From NCBI GenBank assembly GCA_012295275.1, contig CM022673.1:6200001-6264000 (forward strand): a stretch of 64,000 nt of DNA, written 5' to 3'. The position numbers and the translations under genes are program-made. The first letter of the stretch is position 1. Each line of letters opens with the position of its first letter. This stretch comes from Chrysomallon squamiferum (Eukaryota > Animalia > Mollusca). Positions 11,207 to 23,750 of this stretch are shown here, in pieces. The notes beneath the pieces were generated by a model that saw only the letters and a list, made by a program, of their open reading frames with translations, ran no database searches and was not told the origin of the DNA.

Positions 11207-12004
11207 CTAAAACAAATAATAAAACATAAAAATATATTAATAATACAATGAGAGTGATGAACAGTTTACTGACATACCAGATTAAAGCATCTAAATGGGG
11301 AATAAAAAAATAATTTGGATCAGTGCACTTAGGTGTAGCCTATCCAAAAGGAGGCCTTTTTTTAAAAGAAATCTTCAAGACACATTTAATCTTCAATTAT
11401 ATACATAATGATAAGGAACATATTCTACTCTTTTGCTTCATCTCTTTGAAGTAACTTTGTTTACCATAATAAAAATAAAAATAAAAATGATTTGGTTTAA
11501 AAATATACCCAGGTTCTGATGAGTCCAGTGGATCTTTTGAGAGCAAAATTGAAATAGCTGGTATGTCTCGGTTCACTTTGAGTCTAAAACAACAATAATG
11601 AACAGTATAAAGAACAATAACACACATTATAAAGAACAGGAATGAATTCTGTAAATAATTATAAAACTTTGATATATATCTACAAAATGTTTATCTGATC
11701 ATAAATAACAAGAGTATTTAAACTTGTGGCAAATTTTGATTGCTCAATGACAAAACCATGTAAAATGATGTATGTGATAATCAAAACCCATACACAATTA
11801 AATTTTTAAATACATGTTTGTCAGCTGTTTGGTTGTTTGTCTCTTGACCTTTCTTTTTCTCTACATCAGTTAAAACATTTCTGAAGACAGTCTATAAAAA
11901 GCCATTTACCTTTCAAGACCCTCCATTTTAGGTTCCCAGAATTCCTCCACCCTGTAATAATATTTTTATAATAAATGTCATGCAAATATCCAAATTAGGT
12001 TAAC

Positions 12005-12036
<32 letters not shown>

Positions 12037-12933
12037 TAGCATAAATCATGATATTGCAATTTATTATTTTTTTTAAAATTAATCCTGGTAAAAAACAGAA
12101 AATAAAAATCAAACAGCAACAGATTTCCACAAATGAATATTCAAAACTCCATTCAAATATGTTCAAATTTTTACTTACCTTTTAAATCGTATTTTTGTTA
12201 TTTGTTGCAAATTCTGAAACAACAGAATAATTTTGTAAATAAAAATAGTAAAAAAAAAAAAAAAAAAAAGTAAGGACTTAATCAATATGTTCAGAAAAGG
12301 CTTTGTATGTTTTAATACCTGTATTAAAATAACTAGTGAAAACAATTTTAATTTTTATTTACTCATTTCAAGTTATTGGACACACACATATTCATATATA
12401 CACACCTATGTACATAAATTAATAAGAACAAACCTTGATTTTCTTTTTTGTAACCTCAGCACATGAGACTGTTTTTGTTAAAGCCTGCCCAGACCCATTC
12501 CACGTTAAATGACGAACCTCTGGTTCCTGAGAAAGTGAAATAAAAATTCTATCATATTTCTGTGTGAATTTCCAGTAAAAAAATTTATAAAATAAAAACA
12601 TATCCTTATGATCATTCATTTCATACATATACTATTGTTTTCTTAAGACATCTCAAAACATACACATAAAGTCATATTATCATTTGTGTACGGTCAGTGA
12701 AATTCAGGCAAATAGGCTGAGATGACATCATTGTAAATAAAACCTTTTAAAAACTAATTATTAGACATGTGCATTCATGCATCTATATATACCTTTAATT
12801 TCTTTAAAGCATATCCAATAACATTATGGACTTTGGTGCCAGATGTAACTTTCATGTGTACAGCATTTTCAAAATTGCCGAATGGACGTTCTTCTTGAAC
12901 TTCAAGGGTCTCTCCTTTTTCATAATTTTCCAT
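11026..12933 (-). CDS. RPP25L: Ribonuclease P/MRP protein subunit p25-like (Alba domain), six coding exons, 188 aa
   Basis: Hand-spliced exons (-): 12933-12793, 12526-12434, 12213-12179, 11951-11910, 11583-11509, 11206-11026, phases consistent. Protein: MENYEKGETLEVQEERPFGNFENAVHMKVTSGTKVHNVIGYALKKLKEPEVRHLTWNGSGQALTKTVSCAEVTKKKIKNLQQITKIRFKRVEEFWEPKMEGLERLKVNRDIPAISILLSKDPLDSSEPGFQCPG... It matches the Rpp25-family motifs MENY, G.K.RN, GSG.A..K.VSCAE..K, W.P...GL..L.V.R..PA..LLS.DPLD...GYQ.PG. RPP25 vs RPP25L orthology cannot be resolved by eye. Confidence 0.92.
11509..11583 (-). CDS. RPP25L: RPP25-like coding exon 5
   Basis: LKVNRDIPAISILLSKDPLDSSEP(G). Confidence 0.92.
11910..11951 (-). 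CDS. RPP25L: RPP25-like coding exon 4 (42 nt)
   Basis: VEEFWEPKMEGLE(R), AG/GT bounded. Confidence 0.9.
12179..12213 (-). CDS. RPP25L: RPP25-like coding exon 3 (35 nt)
   Basis: NLQQITKIRFK(R), tttcag acceptor, gtaagt donor. Confidence 0.88.
12434..12526 (-). CDS. RPP25L: RPP25-like coding exon 2
   Basis: EPEVRHLTWNGSGQALTKTVSCAEVTKKKIK. Confidence 0.93.
12793..12933 (-). CDS. RPP25L: RPP25-like coding exon 1
   Basis: MENYEKGE...GTKVHNVIGYALKKLK|gtatat; acceptor tag 4 nt upstream of the ATG. Confidence 0.9.
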
Positions 12934-13279
12934 TTATCTACTCAAATATGTATACATATATGATAGATATATATATTCATTCAATATATTTTTTCTCACA
13001 ATGAATAATAATTAAATTATCATTGAATAATCATTATAAACGTCAAACCATTCTGTGGAAGAAAAATATATTTTTTTTTCTATCATTTCAATTTCAGAAT
13101 TTGTCTGTAAATTGTAACTTAAGATAACACCAATACTAATACTGTAATAGCAATATTATGCTACTAAAATAATATAATAATAAATTAATATCAATACTAT
13201 ACAGTATAATAGTAATAGTAATAATTAATACCTAGTTATTATATTTAGTTATTATATACTCTTGATACTCATCATACTC

Positions 13280-13570
13280 ATGATACTGTGTAATGGACCG
13301 GGAAATGGTATAGTACGGTATACCTTATACTTAATTAACAATCCTTGCATATCATAAATTTAAAATTAAAGGATAATATATACATTGCATACGCAATACC
13401 TCTTCTCTGATATGATATACAAAAATGAATATGATAACATCTAAACCTTATTGAACAACATAGCTGTCTTTTTTATTTTATTTTTTATTTAAAACGGAAG
13501 AGGAAATGAGTATCAAATGTGTTCGAGTTATATTTCCTCCCTCATTCACAGGGCACCGTCATGCCTTTCC
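13280..13570 (-). promoter_or_regulatory. Candidate RPP25-like promoter / 5' UTR exon
   Basis: CpG dinucleotides reappear here; Ets-like CGGAAG at 13495-13500; candidate minus-strand donor GAAGAG|gtattg at 13400/13399. Confidence 0.3.
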
Positions 13571-13633
13571 TGCAGTTAAACATTTTCATTCTTTCTTTTA
13601 TTAAACATGTTCCTGGGGTACTTAGTATTCAGT

Positions 13634-13735
13634 ACACATACATACATACATACATACATATACATACATACATACACACACACATACATACATACACACG
13701 CATACCTACATACATACATCTATCTATCTATCTAT
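13634..13735. repeat. (TACA)n/(TATC)n microsatellite
   Basis: Direct reading. Confidence 0.85.
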
Positions 13736-14245
13736 ATAAAAAAAAAGGATTAAGAATTATATATATATAATTCTTAATTTTTTTTTTTTTTTTTTTTTTT
13801 TTGTGTCAGAAGCAAATATAACAAATTTCATTGTTGATTTTATTGATCATTTTGTGTTACGTAGGGCTACAGTTTGAACAACAATTTCACGATTCAATAT
13901 TTATAGAGAGAAAGAAAGGCTAAACTCGTTTAATGATATTTTGTTTTTAAACCGTTTTTAGCCGTCCATGCTTTTTGTAGTAACGTATATATCACGTCAG
14001 TAAGGCCAATAACCTTTCACGGCCCCATATCAGAGGAATTATTTCCCTTGTTTAACAGTTGGACTATATCTTTTTACTTTTTTTTTTTTTTTTTAATCCT
14101 TTGAAGATGTGAGCTATTTTCATATTATCTTGTTAACTTTTATTGATAGTTTTACTGACAAAAATGTTCAAATAAAAGATTAATTGACATATCTGAATAA
14201 TAACAATATATTACCTATGTTGTATATGAGTAATATATGTCTTCT

Positions 14246-14327
<82 letters not shown>
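14246..14327. repeat. (GA)n microsatellite
   Basis: Direct reading. Confidence 0.95.
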
Positions 14328-14333
<6 letters not shown>

Positions 14334-15013
14334 GGGGGCTGATATATTCAGACTGTTTGACTAGAAATATTCTTTCATAGTTATATATTTATTTGGACGT
14401 TTATCATATCAACACTAGTATAAATTGAATCACTGTATTCCAAGGACTTACTACTGTAGGTCAAACCTTTACACCCACCTTTCATATTTCAGATACAGCG
14501 CCTAAGGTGATAGCTGCGCCTGCATTCAACTTACCTCGGCCTGTCAAAGTTTGACGTTTTCATGCATCGAACGTGATTTTCAAACGTTGGTAATTTGATA
14601 AAAACCTTAACGCAAATCGTCTCTCTCCCATTATCGGCTCACAATTCTATAGACAATGAATTTCATCAATAAATGAATTCGATACTGGTTAATTATCACG
14701 GGGCCGGTCGTAATCGAATTACCTGGGAACAATCAGGTGTCAGTAAACTGATTAGGCCGAATTCACGGCTGTAGCTGTCAAATAACAAAACGCCGATTAA
14801 TATTACATTCCACTGATAGCGCAGTGGGCGTACGTTTAATTTGCCCATCAGAAGTGGGTATATGATTACTGATTAGCAGCAAGAATATTCAGCCGGCCTT
14901 GATCAACTAACTGCAGGTTACGTTGTCCGTTGAACTATTTGATTTGGCAGTTGCTTTGATCTGTTTTCTCTGTTTCGATCTATTTTTCTTCTTTCCCAGA
15001 ACAGTAGTTCTTG

Positions 15014-15015
15014 TA

Positions 15016-15060
<45 letters not shown>

Positions 15061-15100
15061 GTCTATCTATCTATCTACCTACCTACCTACACACCTATCT
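15014..15100. repeat. (TATC)n microsatellite
   Basis: Direct reading. Confidence 0.9.
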
Positions 15101-15407
15101 ACATTTGGCATACCTTTTTGTGACGTCATTTGTGCTTATGTGACACAAATATCGTGTAACTGAGTGATGTATTGGCTGTTGCTTGTTTTTTTGTTAACAA
15201 TAGAAAGTATATGACAGAACAATTGCAGTTATCTTTTACTTGTTACATTGTTCTAAGTTTCGTGTTTTTAGGTCTACTAAATGAAAACAATAATTTAGGA
15301 ATATTCATAATTAATTTAGTTATTTATTTGTTCCATAATCTAGAATTCAGATCACACACATATTTATTTGTGTGTATATACAGACATCCTTTATTTATAT
15401 ATGTATG

Positions 15408-15408
15408 C

Positions 15409-15500
<92 letters not shown>

Positions 15501-15800
15501 TTCTGTCTGTCTGTCTGTCTATCTATCTGTCTGTCTATCTATCTATCTGTCTGTCTATCTATCTATCCACCTGTCTCTCTATCTATCTATATATATGGAA
15601 TGTACGTATGTATGTATGTATATATGTACGTAGTTACATTCGAATGTATGTATATATATATAAATGCATGTGTGTTTATATATGTATGTGTATGTGTTTA
15701 CATATGTATATGTGTGTGTGTACATGCTTATGTATGTATGTATATGTGTGTTTATGTGTGTATGTATTTATTGTGTTTATATGTATGTATGTATGTATGC
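15408..15800. repeat. Compound (TATC)/(TGTC)/(TATG)n microsatellite
   Basis: Direct reading; source of spurious ORFs at 15172-15868. Confidence 0.9.
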
Positions 15801-17303
15801 ATGACTGTATATTATTTCGACTGCTGTTTAGACAATGTCGGTTAAAACTAACCGCTTTTCTTGACTAAAAACTACTAGCTAATGCAATTAATGGAAAATA
15901 TTAATATATAGCAACAGATGTTAATAATGTAATTTGGTAGAATATAATTCACGTGGTAGCTGCTTTGAGCTAAATAAGAAGAGAAGTAGTATAAAAAAAG
16001 ATTTTAATTTGATATCTAAATTATAACAAAATAACATAAATCTTAAACTATTTATGACAAAAAGGGTATTATGTAACCAATTAGAAGTAGCCCTATTTCC
16101 ATGCACACAACATAAACTATATGGCATGCCATTATTTTTTTTTTACCATTTCGATATTTGCTTAAGGGTCATTTGAAAATAAACCAGGTAAAGTTTCCTG
16201 AATTTATTGGGTAATTTCGAATCGATGTTTTCGGATGACAAATGTGATAACCGTAATTCGGTGATTAGATAAACCACCATAACAAATCATAAGACCATTA
16301 AACCGAGTTTTTTTTCGCCGTTACGTCTTCCTTTATTATTATATTTGTATGATGTAAACCCAGTCTAGAGTCAACTGAACTGAAATCAATTTATAATTTC
16401 AGTGACATCTCTTTTGGTTTTATGTCGGTTATTTCTTTGCGTCTGTCTCTTGTTGTGTCTGCATTTATTTATCTGTCTTTCATAATAATACGTGCAGTAG
16501 ATAGATATCAGTCTTTTTTTATTTCTGTGATATCCTTCGCTATGTGAAAGAAATTTTTTTTTTTTTAAAATAAATAAAAAAATAAAATAAAATAAAATAA
16601 AATAAAATAAAATAAAATAAATAAATAATTAAATAATATTAACAAAAAAAAAAAAAATTGTAAATTTATTTATTCTTCGCATTAAACTCGACACTAATGT
16701 CAAAGAATATATATATTCTTTGAATCCTTCAGATGATTTATATAAGAAAATAACTGAAACTGTATATAGTCAAAAGTGAAATACATTTATTTGCTACACA
16801 TTTGTCTGAATTGCTTTTTCGTGTTATATAAATATTTTACTATTTCTCAGTGCACTTTACGTCTATAATATTATTTTATAATTTTAATTGGATATTGCAT
16901 ATTATTATTTTCCTTCACTATATATATATATATATATTTAAATTTAATCGTTATCTTTACTAGAGATTTGTGTTTTATTTTATTTTTTTATATAGTGTTG
17001 CACAGAGCTGTATTTAAAATGACATTTAATTAATTTAATTATCGGATTATTTTTTTTCTGGATAAAATAGAAGGGAAAAAAAAGACGAAAACAGAAATGA
17101 TAACAATAATAATAATAATTTAAAAAAAAAAAAAAAAGTTTTTAGTGTTGGACATCGTGAACAGTTGAAGAGGATCTGAATTATTTTTTTTGCGATGAAA
17201 GAAGAAATGTCATTTAAGGGACGGATCGTGATTTATTACAGGGTGGACCAGTCAATCCTGACCGCCCCATTTAACCTTTCAACGTTTAATATCCGTAATA
17301 AAG

Positions 17304-17372
17304 AAGCTACAGCTCAGTGGTTAGATACCTGTCCTGATTCTTAATCGCTGATACAGGTTCCGAACACGGATT
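17304..17372 (+). mobile_element. Degenerate tRNA-derived SINE head
   Basis: A-box-like AGCTCAGTGGTTAGA at 17311 and B-box-like GGTTCCGAAC at 17356; no intact cloverleaf. Confidence 0.45.
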
Positions 17373-18017
17373 ATTTCTTACACAATTTCTTATGCAACAG
17401 TGACAGCTGAAGTTCCATTTTATACCATTATATATATATGTATGTATAAAACGTTTACGTTTGAATTACTTAATAAGCGTGAATATCAAAGTGTTGGGAG
17501 ACGACGTTAGTCATTCATTCATCAGTTCATTCGTTCGTCATTCTCTCTTTCATTCATTAAAACGGGTTCCATGAGAAGTTTACGGACATATAATTAAGAT
17601 ACAGAGAATTAAAGTTCTGTTATTTACACGCAATTTAAATCGACTTAAAATAAATAAATAAATAAAGTCGTCATATACTATGTGCCGTTTGTTCCGAGCC
17701 TAACTATTGAGCAATGCTTTGTGAAATAAGACACAAGAATAATAATGAAAATAATAATTAAAAAAAAGACAATAATAACGGAAGTAAAAAATAATAAAAT
17801 AAAATTATATAAAAAAAAAATAAACCAGAAAATGAAGAAAAAACAATAAAACGCCGGCAGTCATTGAGTTTAATTATACTGTTTCATTGATTCGTGAAAA
17901 TGACGGAGAGAGAAAGAGAAAAAAAATTAGGAATTTTTGAAAAATGGTAAGAGAGAGAAAAGTTAACAAAGAATGACAGAAAGAAAAAAAAATGGAAGAA
18001 AGAAACCAAAAATAAGC

Positions 18018-18021
<4 letters not shown>

Positions 18022-18081
<60 letters not shown>
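18022..18081. repeat. (GA)n microsatellite
   Basis: Direct reading. Confidence 0.95.
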
Positions 18082-18085
<4 letters not shown>

Positions 18086-18619
18086 TATATAAAAAAGAGA
18101 AATATCACGTGAAAGATAGAAAGATAAATATATAAAAAGAATGATAATAAGATCGATAAATAAATAAATAATGAAAGAAAGACAGGAAAAGAAATAAAGA
18201 AACAAAGAAAGAAAGGAAAAGAAATAAAGAAACAAACAAACAAAAAATATAAAATTATAAAATTCAATTCTCTCATTCTTGTTAAAAAATCAAATAATTA
18301 AAAAAAAAAACGTGACGAAATAAAACAGTCACGTAATAATGTTTATTAAGACAAGAACATCAGTCTGTTATTATGAAACATTAGAAACGAAAACAGAAAT
18401 TAAGAATACAAGTCAACAATAGGAAGTAATTGTTAGTCGCAGTCTGCCTTCAGCTGTCGGTTGGGAATGGATTAACAATACGAAATATAAAGCAGACGAT
18501 CTCAAATAATATTTAACATTATGTTTGAAAAACATAATAACAAGATTAAAATATAATTATTTTAATTAGCTGGATATTTACAATAGCAGAAGTATAAACC
18601 TTTCTGGAAACTAAATGAC

Positions 18620-18672
<53 letters not shown>

Positions 18673-19269
18673 CAGTTATTGTTATTTTTGGTTGATTATT
18701 TTCGAAATTTTTATTAAAAAATGTTTTGTTGTCTCAACTAGAATGACAAGCGATGCGCATTACGTAATAATTTACTGATAATTAATTTCGAAATGTCAAA
18801 CAATACTAGATGAAATAATAAAAAAAAAAAAGTGCTGTCTTGAGGTTTTTGTCGTTCGTTAAAATTATGCCGACTATTAAGACAAAAATATCTAATGTTA
18901 TTTTTATATGTACTTGAGTGAATGATATTTTTTTTAGATCTGTTTTTATGTTTATGATATCTGTCCCCTCCTCCGTCTTGTCCGAATGTCTCTCCATCCG
19001 TCCGTCTCTCCGTCTGTCTGTCCATATACTTTGATAAGTCAGGCAGGACACATCTCAAGGTAAAATATTTTAAAAAAAAAAGTATATTTAGAATTAAACT
19101 AAAGGTCAGGCAGTTTTCATCTCATTAAAAAAAACACAGATCATTTGTCTTGTAAATGTTTAGCGATTTCATGGCATTTACGAGGATTATTCTTAACTGT
19201 GTATAATTCAAAGCGTAACTAAATGCAAGCCCTGAAATACGAGTTAAAAGAATAGTTACATCTTCCAAA

Positions 19270-19340
19270 ATAGTCTTGGATTCGATCTTGGTGCCTGTTG
19301 CTTAAAGCTGATGACTTATAGCCAATGAGCTGCTGAATCT
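19270..19340 (-). mobile_element. Degenerate tRNA-derived SINE head
   Basis: On the minus strand AGCTCATTGGCTA (A box) ... AGATCGAATCC (B box) with tRNA-like spacing. Confidence 0.45.
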
Positions 19341-19479
19341 GGCAGAATCAATGAGAATAAATGTCTCAAGACATCAATATTAATGATACCTTCAAAGAAA
19401 GAGAGAAAGTAAATAATACTATCATTAAAGATTATGCACATCATATGCTGAAACAGAGATTAAAAATAAATCAATCAAT

Positions 19480-19772
<293 letters not shown>

Positions 19773-21449
19773 AGCCATACCAAAGGCAGAGTTTATCCCA
19801 TTAACCGACTTCAAGTTTAGTTAAGGAACTAACACGCACGAAAAATGCGATCACGTTTGGTTTTCTGTTATTAGGAAACACGGTGAGCGAGAATGAGAGA
19901 GAAAAACGAAAACGTAATTGAAAAATATTAACCAACAGCACGTGGACGCCACGTACAGAAAGATTGGCTTAAAACTGTGAACTGTGTTTTTAAAAATATT
20001 ATTGCAAAGCAATTATTTATGGAATCATTTCGTAAATGTACGTTTGTAATTGGTATCCTGAAAACATCATTTCTAAAAGAACGATTAAAATAACATTTAT
20101 AATCACATTTTAGTATCATCATCGTCATTTTAATCATTTTCGCCATCATTATCATCATCATTGTATTTATCATCATCTTTGTCATCATCATCATCTTCGT
20201 CATTAACACAATCTTCGTCATCATTATCGTTACTGATGAATTAATATTATAAATGTTAATACTTCACTGGTAATATATGTTGTTTGAAATATTTTAATAC
20301 ACATAAGTAATTGGTGATAATTACGTTTCTTGTAATACAAGTACCAGACATTTTTCAGACCTAACCGCCCCCCCAAAAAACAACAACAACAAAAAAAGTA
20401 ACAGTATGCTCTAATTAGGTCGTTATTTAAAATTTTCGCATGATTTACAGTTATATTAATCTATCTTTTTCTGTTACATTGCAATCACAAATTAAAAATA
20501 AAACTTCATTTTTGTTTTAAACTAATGTCAATGAATTGTTTTTAATATTATTACAGATCTGGGAGCACTTATGACGATTTTTGTTTGAGCAGATATTTCT
20601 ACTTTGTTTCCTCCTCATTGTTTCTTTGAAGAAAAAAAAAACAGAAATTGATCGATTAAACGATTAAAATTTTTAGTAAAAATTATAACTTCTGCGTTGT
20701 CGCATTAGAATGCGATTCGATAAGAAATTTTCAGTTTCAGTTCCTTCGGTTTGCGGCTGGTGTCAAATGAGAATATTTAATTATACAATGTTTACGGACT
20801 TCATAGCTAATATCAAATTGCGTTCTTTGTTTATATACCATTATCTAAGCATTTCCTTACCCTGACAGACAGTAAAAGCGTGCACGAAGCAAACGTAAAG
20901 TGTCGGCTTTCTCGATGTCGCAGTCTCTCTGGTTTCCCTTTGATTGTCTGGCGACAGTCGTCGACAAATCAGACATCGTAAACCACGCTTATGGTTATGA
21001 AATGATGAATATCTGCGGACGCCAGAGGCAAAGTTCCATAAGCTAAGTGGTTTGACAGTTTATTGCGGTTATGGTAAACGTCTCTTGTTTGATGATGATT
21101 ATGGTGAAGATGATGACAATGGTGATGACGATGACAACGCCGAGAACAATAACAATAAAATGAGAATGGCTGTTTGAATACATTCTGCTTGAAGAGATGA
21201 ATATATATGTTTTTCTATTTTTCTATTTTTTTTTTTTTTTTTTTTGGTATTCAGCTATTAGCTATTTGCTGTTACAAATATAACAACATAAAGAAGAAAA
21301 TAGCAAATAAAAAAGATTATATTGTTGAAAAAAGTAAACATTACAAAAGAAAAAAATAAAAAGAACAAGAGAAAGACAGAAAGAAAAAAGAAAAAGAAAA
21401 GAAAATTAGGAATGGAAATATATATATAAAAATATTAATTATTATTATT

Positions 21450-21484
<35 letters not shown>

Positions 21485-22448
21485 TATTATCATTATTATT
21501 ATAAATATCCCGCTGTCTAAAGATTATTCACCGAAAACAAATCACAAATATTACAGTGATTAAAGATCACGCCAAAACTGTCGATGGAAGAAATAATCCA
21601 AACCAAAAAAAGCAGCAGTTTACGTATGTCTGTCTATCCTGTTGTCTGTGGAACCTCGGTGTAAGAGGCCCTTCACTGAGCAGCCGCCCACTCTGCCTGT
21701 CTAGCGTGATGCCATATTTCATCTCAGCTCTGTTAATCAATGAAAACGTAATCTTAAAGTGGTGTCGTCTTTCTCTGAGATGATCTCGACCATCTGAAGC
21801 GACACTTCAGCTCAACGAATGGAGGTATAATGACATTAAAAAGATTACCTGATTCAAAATAACGTGCATGCAACAAAAACCTGGAAAGTCTTCTGAAAGG
21901 GAGCAACTGTGAATAGACGAAGACATTTTAAAAAATATATATTTAAAAAAAAAAAAAAAAAAAAAAAAATGAAAGATCATTACATAAAAGTAAAATAAAA
22001 AGCATCTTCCATTGTTGGAACCTTCTGTTGACAACATAGATTATGTTATTTAATGGGAATTTTCTGGTTGTTTTTCTCTGTTTTTTTTTTTTATCTCTCA
22101 GAAAGAAATACGATTTTCTTTCTCCGTATCTCGAAGCAGTTATTATATTTAGGATCCGAATCGTGATTTTAAGACAACATACGAAGCTGAGATGTGCGGA
22201 AATCTCCATTAAAAGTGTTAGTTTTGGAATATGATATCTCTTTCTTAATTTTTGAGAGTGGATGCTTCGAATCGACAGACACTTAATTTTTTTCCTGCTT
22301 CAGTAAAAGAAATATTCTGAAAGGTACTTCAGAAGAAAACGAAAACAAACACATTTGTATCTTTAGAATATACGCTTAGAAATATTGTTTTTTTACATGT
22401 TTTAGTGGTCGCTTTAATTACATTTTTCTTCTTTTATTTACATCACGT

Positions 22449-22488
<40 letters not shown>

Positions 22489-22605
22489 ATTAAAAAAAAT
22501 AAAAAAAAAAAAAAAAAAAAAAAAAAAATAAATAAATTAAAAATTAAACCATATTGAAAATGTCTTAAATAATTAAATAAAGAATATTCCTGTTTCATTC
22601 TAATC

Positions 22606-22900
22606 CAGGCTTGGGCAACCTTTTTCGAGAAGCGGGCCACATGAGACATGGCTCATCCTCAGGCGGGCCGCAGGTACTAATTTAGACGATTTTGTGTTTT
22701 TACGTAGAGTTTATTTTAAGAAATTTCATTTTCATTTATTTCAGGAACTGTTATAATAAAAACAATTACATGTGTTTTAGTATATTTGTAGATACAAAAT
22801 AGACTCATTTTATATAATTTGAATTAACGTTATTTTCCTTGTGAAAGTAGGGGGGGGAGCCACTCAGAAAGTCGCGCGGACCGCAGTTTGCCCATGACTG
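22606..22900. mobile_element. Non-autonomous hAT (Charlie/MER5-MER58-like) MITE, about 295 bp
   Basis: Imperfect 16-bp terminal inverted repeats CAGGCTTGGGCAACCT / AGTTTGCCCATGACTG (13/16). Internal GCGGGCCAC, GCGGGCCGCA and GCGGACCGCA motifs typical of this class. Flanks ttctaatc / ttctatag resemble a decayed 8-bp NTCTAGAN target duplication. Confidence 0.75.
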
Positions 22901-22955
22901 TTCTATAGTATATCTATAAACACACACACAACACACACACAGAGTACAATTAAAC

Positions 22956-22960
<5 letters not shown>

Positions 22961-23048
<88 letters not shown>
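22961..23048. repeat. (GA)n microsatellite
   Basis: Direct reading. Confidence 0.95.
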
Positions 23049-23053
<5 letters not shown>

Positions 23054-23698
23054 TATTATTATAAACTTTAAATGTATAAAGCAATCACTGAACGCGGAAA
23101 CGGAGCTCTTCTGGAAAGAAGGAAATAATCGTGTTTTGGGGGAAATTTCGCTACTTCCCCGACAAAAGAGTTGCCAAGTCCGGTAAAAGTGTATATTGAT
23201 CCTGGCGATGCCCGTTTTGGAAACATGCAATTATAGTTAATTAGCTAATGTGGTTCGGTGTAGGATGAACTATTTTTATGTGCTGCTGAACACAACAGTG
23301 TCACGTGATGACATCCTCCGCGAACATTTTAATTAAAATGATTTAACATGAATGAGGGGAGAAACGGATGATGTAGAACATTTTGGGAAAAAAAGTCATC
23401 CAAGTGAGAGAGTTCAAATATTTACATCTATTTTGGATAATTTTTTTTTTTTTTTTTTTCAGTTATTTTGAGGAAAAAAAGCAAAGAAATTCACTTTTAT
23501 TTTATTCTTAAGTATATTTAGACAGGCAGGAAAAGGACAGACGAAGCGATATTTATATACACACCCACACATCTGTATGTTTACGTATGTATTGTGTGTT
23601 CACAAATGTGTACATTTGTCTACAAACACACACACACATGCACATATATACAAACTGACATACATCATACATACAAACATATCCGCACACACATACCT

Positions 23699-23750
<52 letters not shown>

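Noticed and set aside
14527-14545. U1 snRNA 5' end (ACTTACCT)
   Set aside because: The match is limited to 8 nt; it is simply the reverse complement of a splice-donor consensus.
17304-17372. tRNA gene
   Set aside because: A/B-box-like motifs only; acceptor and anticodon stems cannot be formed, so it is treated as a SINE remnant (same for 19270-19340).
20861-20976. Minus-strand ATG-initiated 38-codon frame ending at a strong donor (AGG|gtaagg)
   Set aside because: The peptide resembles nothing recognisable and I found no compatible downstream exon; splicing to the RPP25L acceptor gives an immediate stop.
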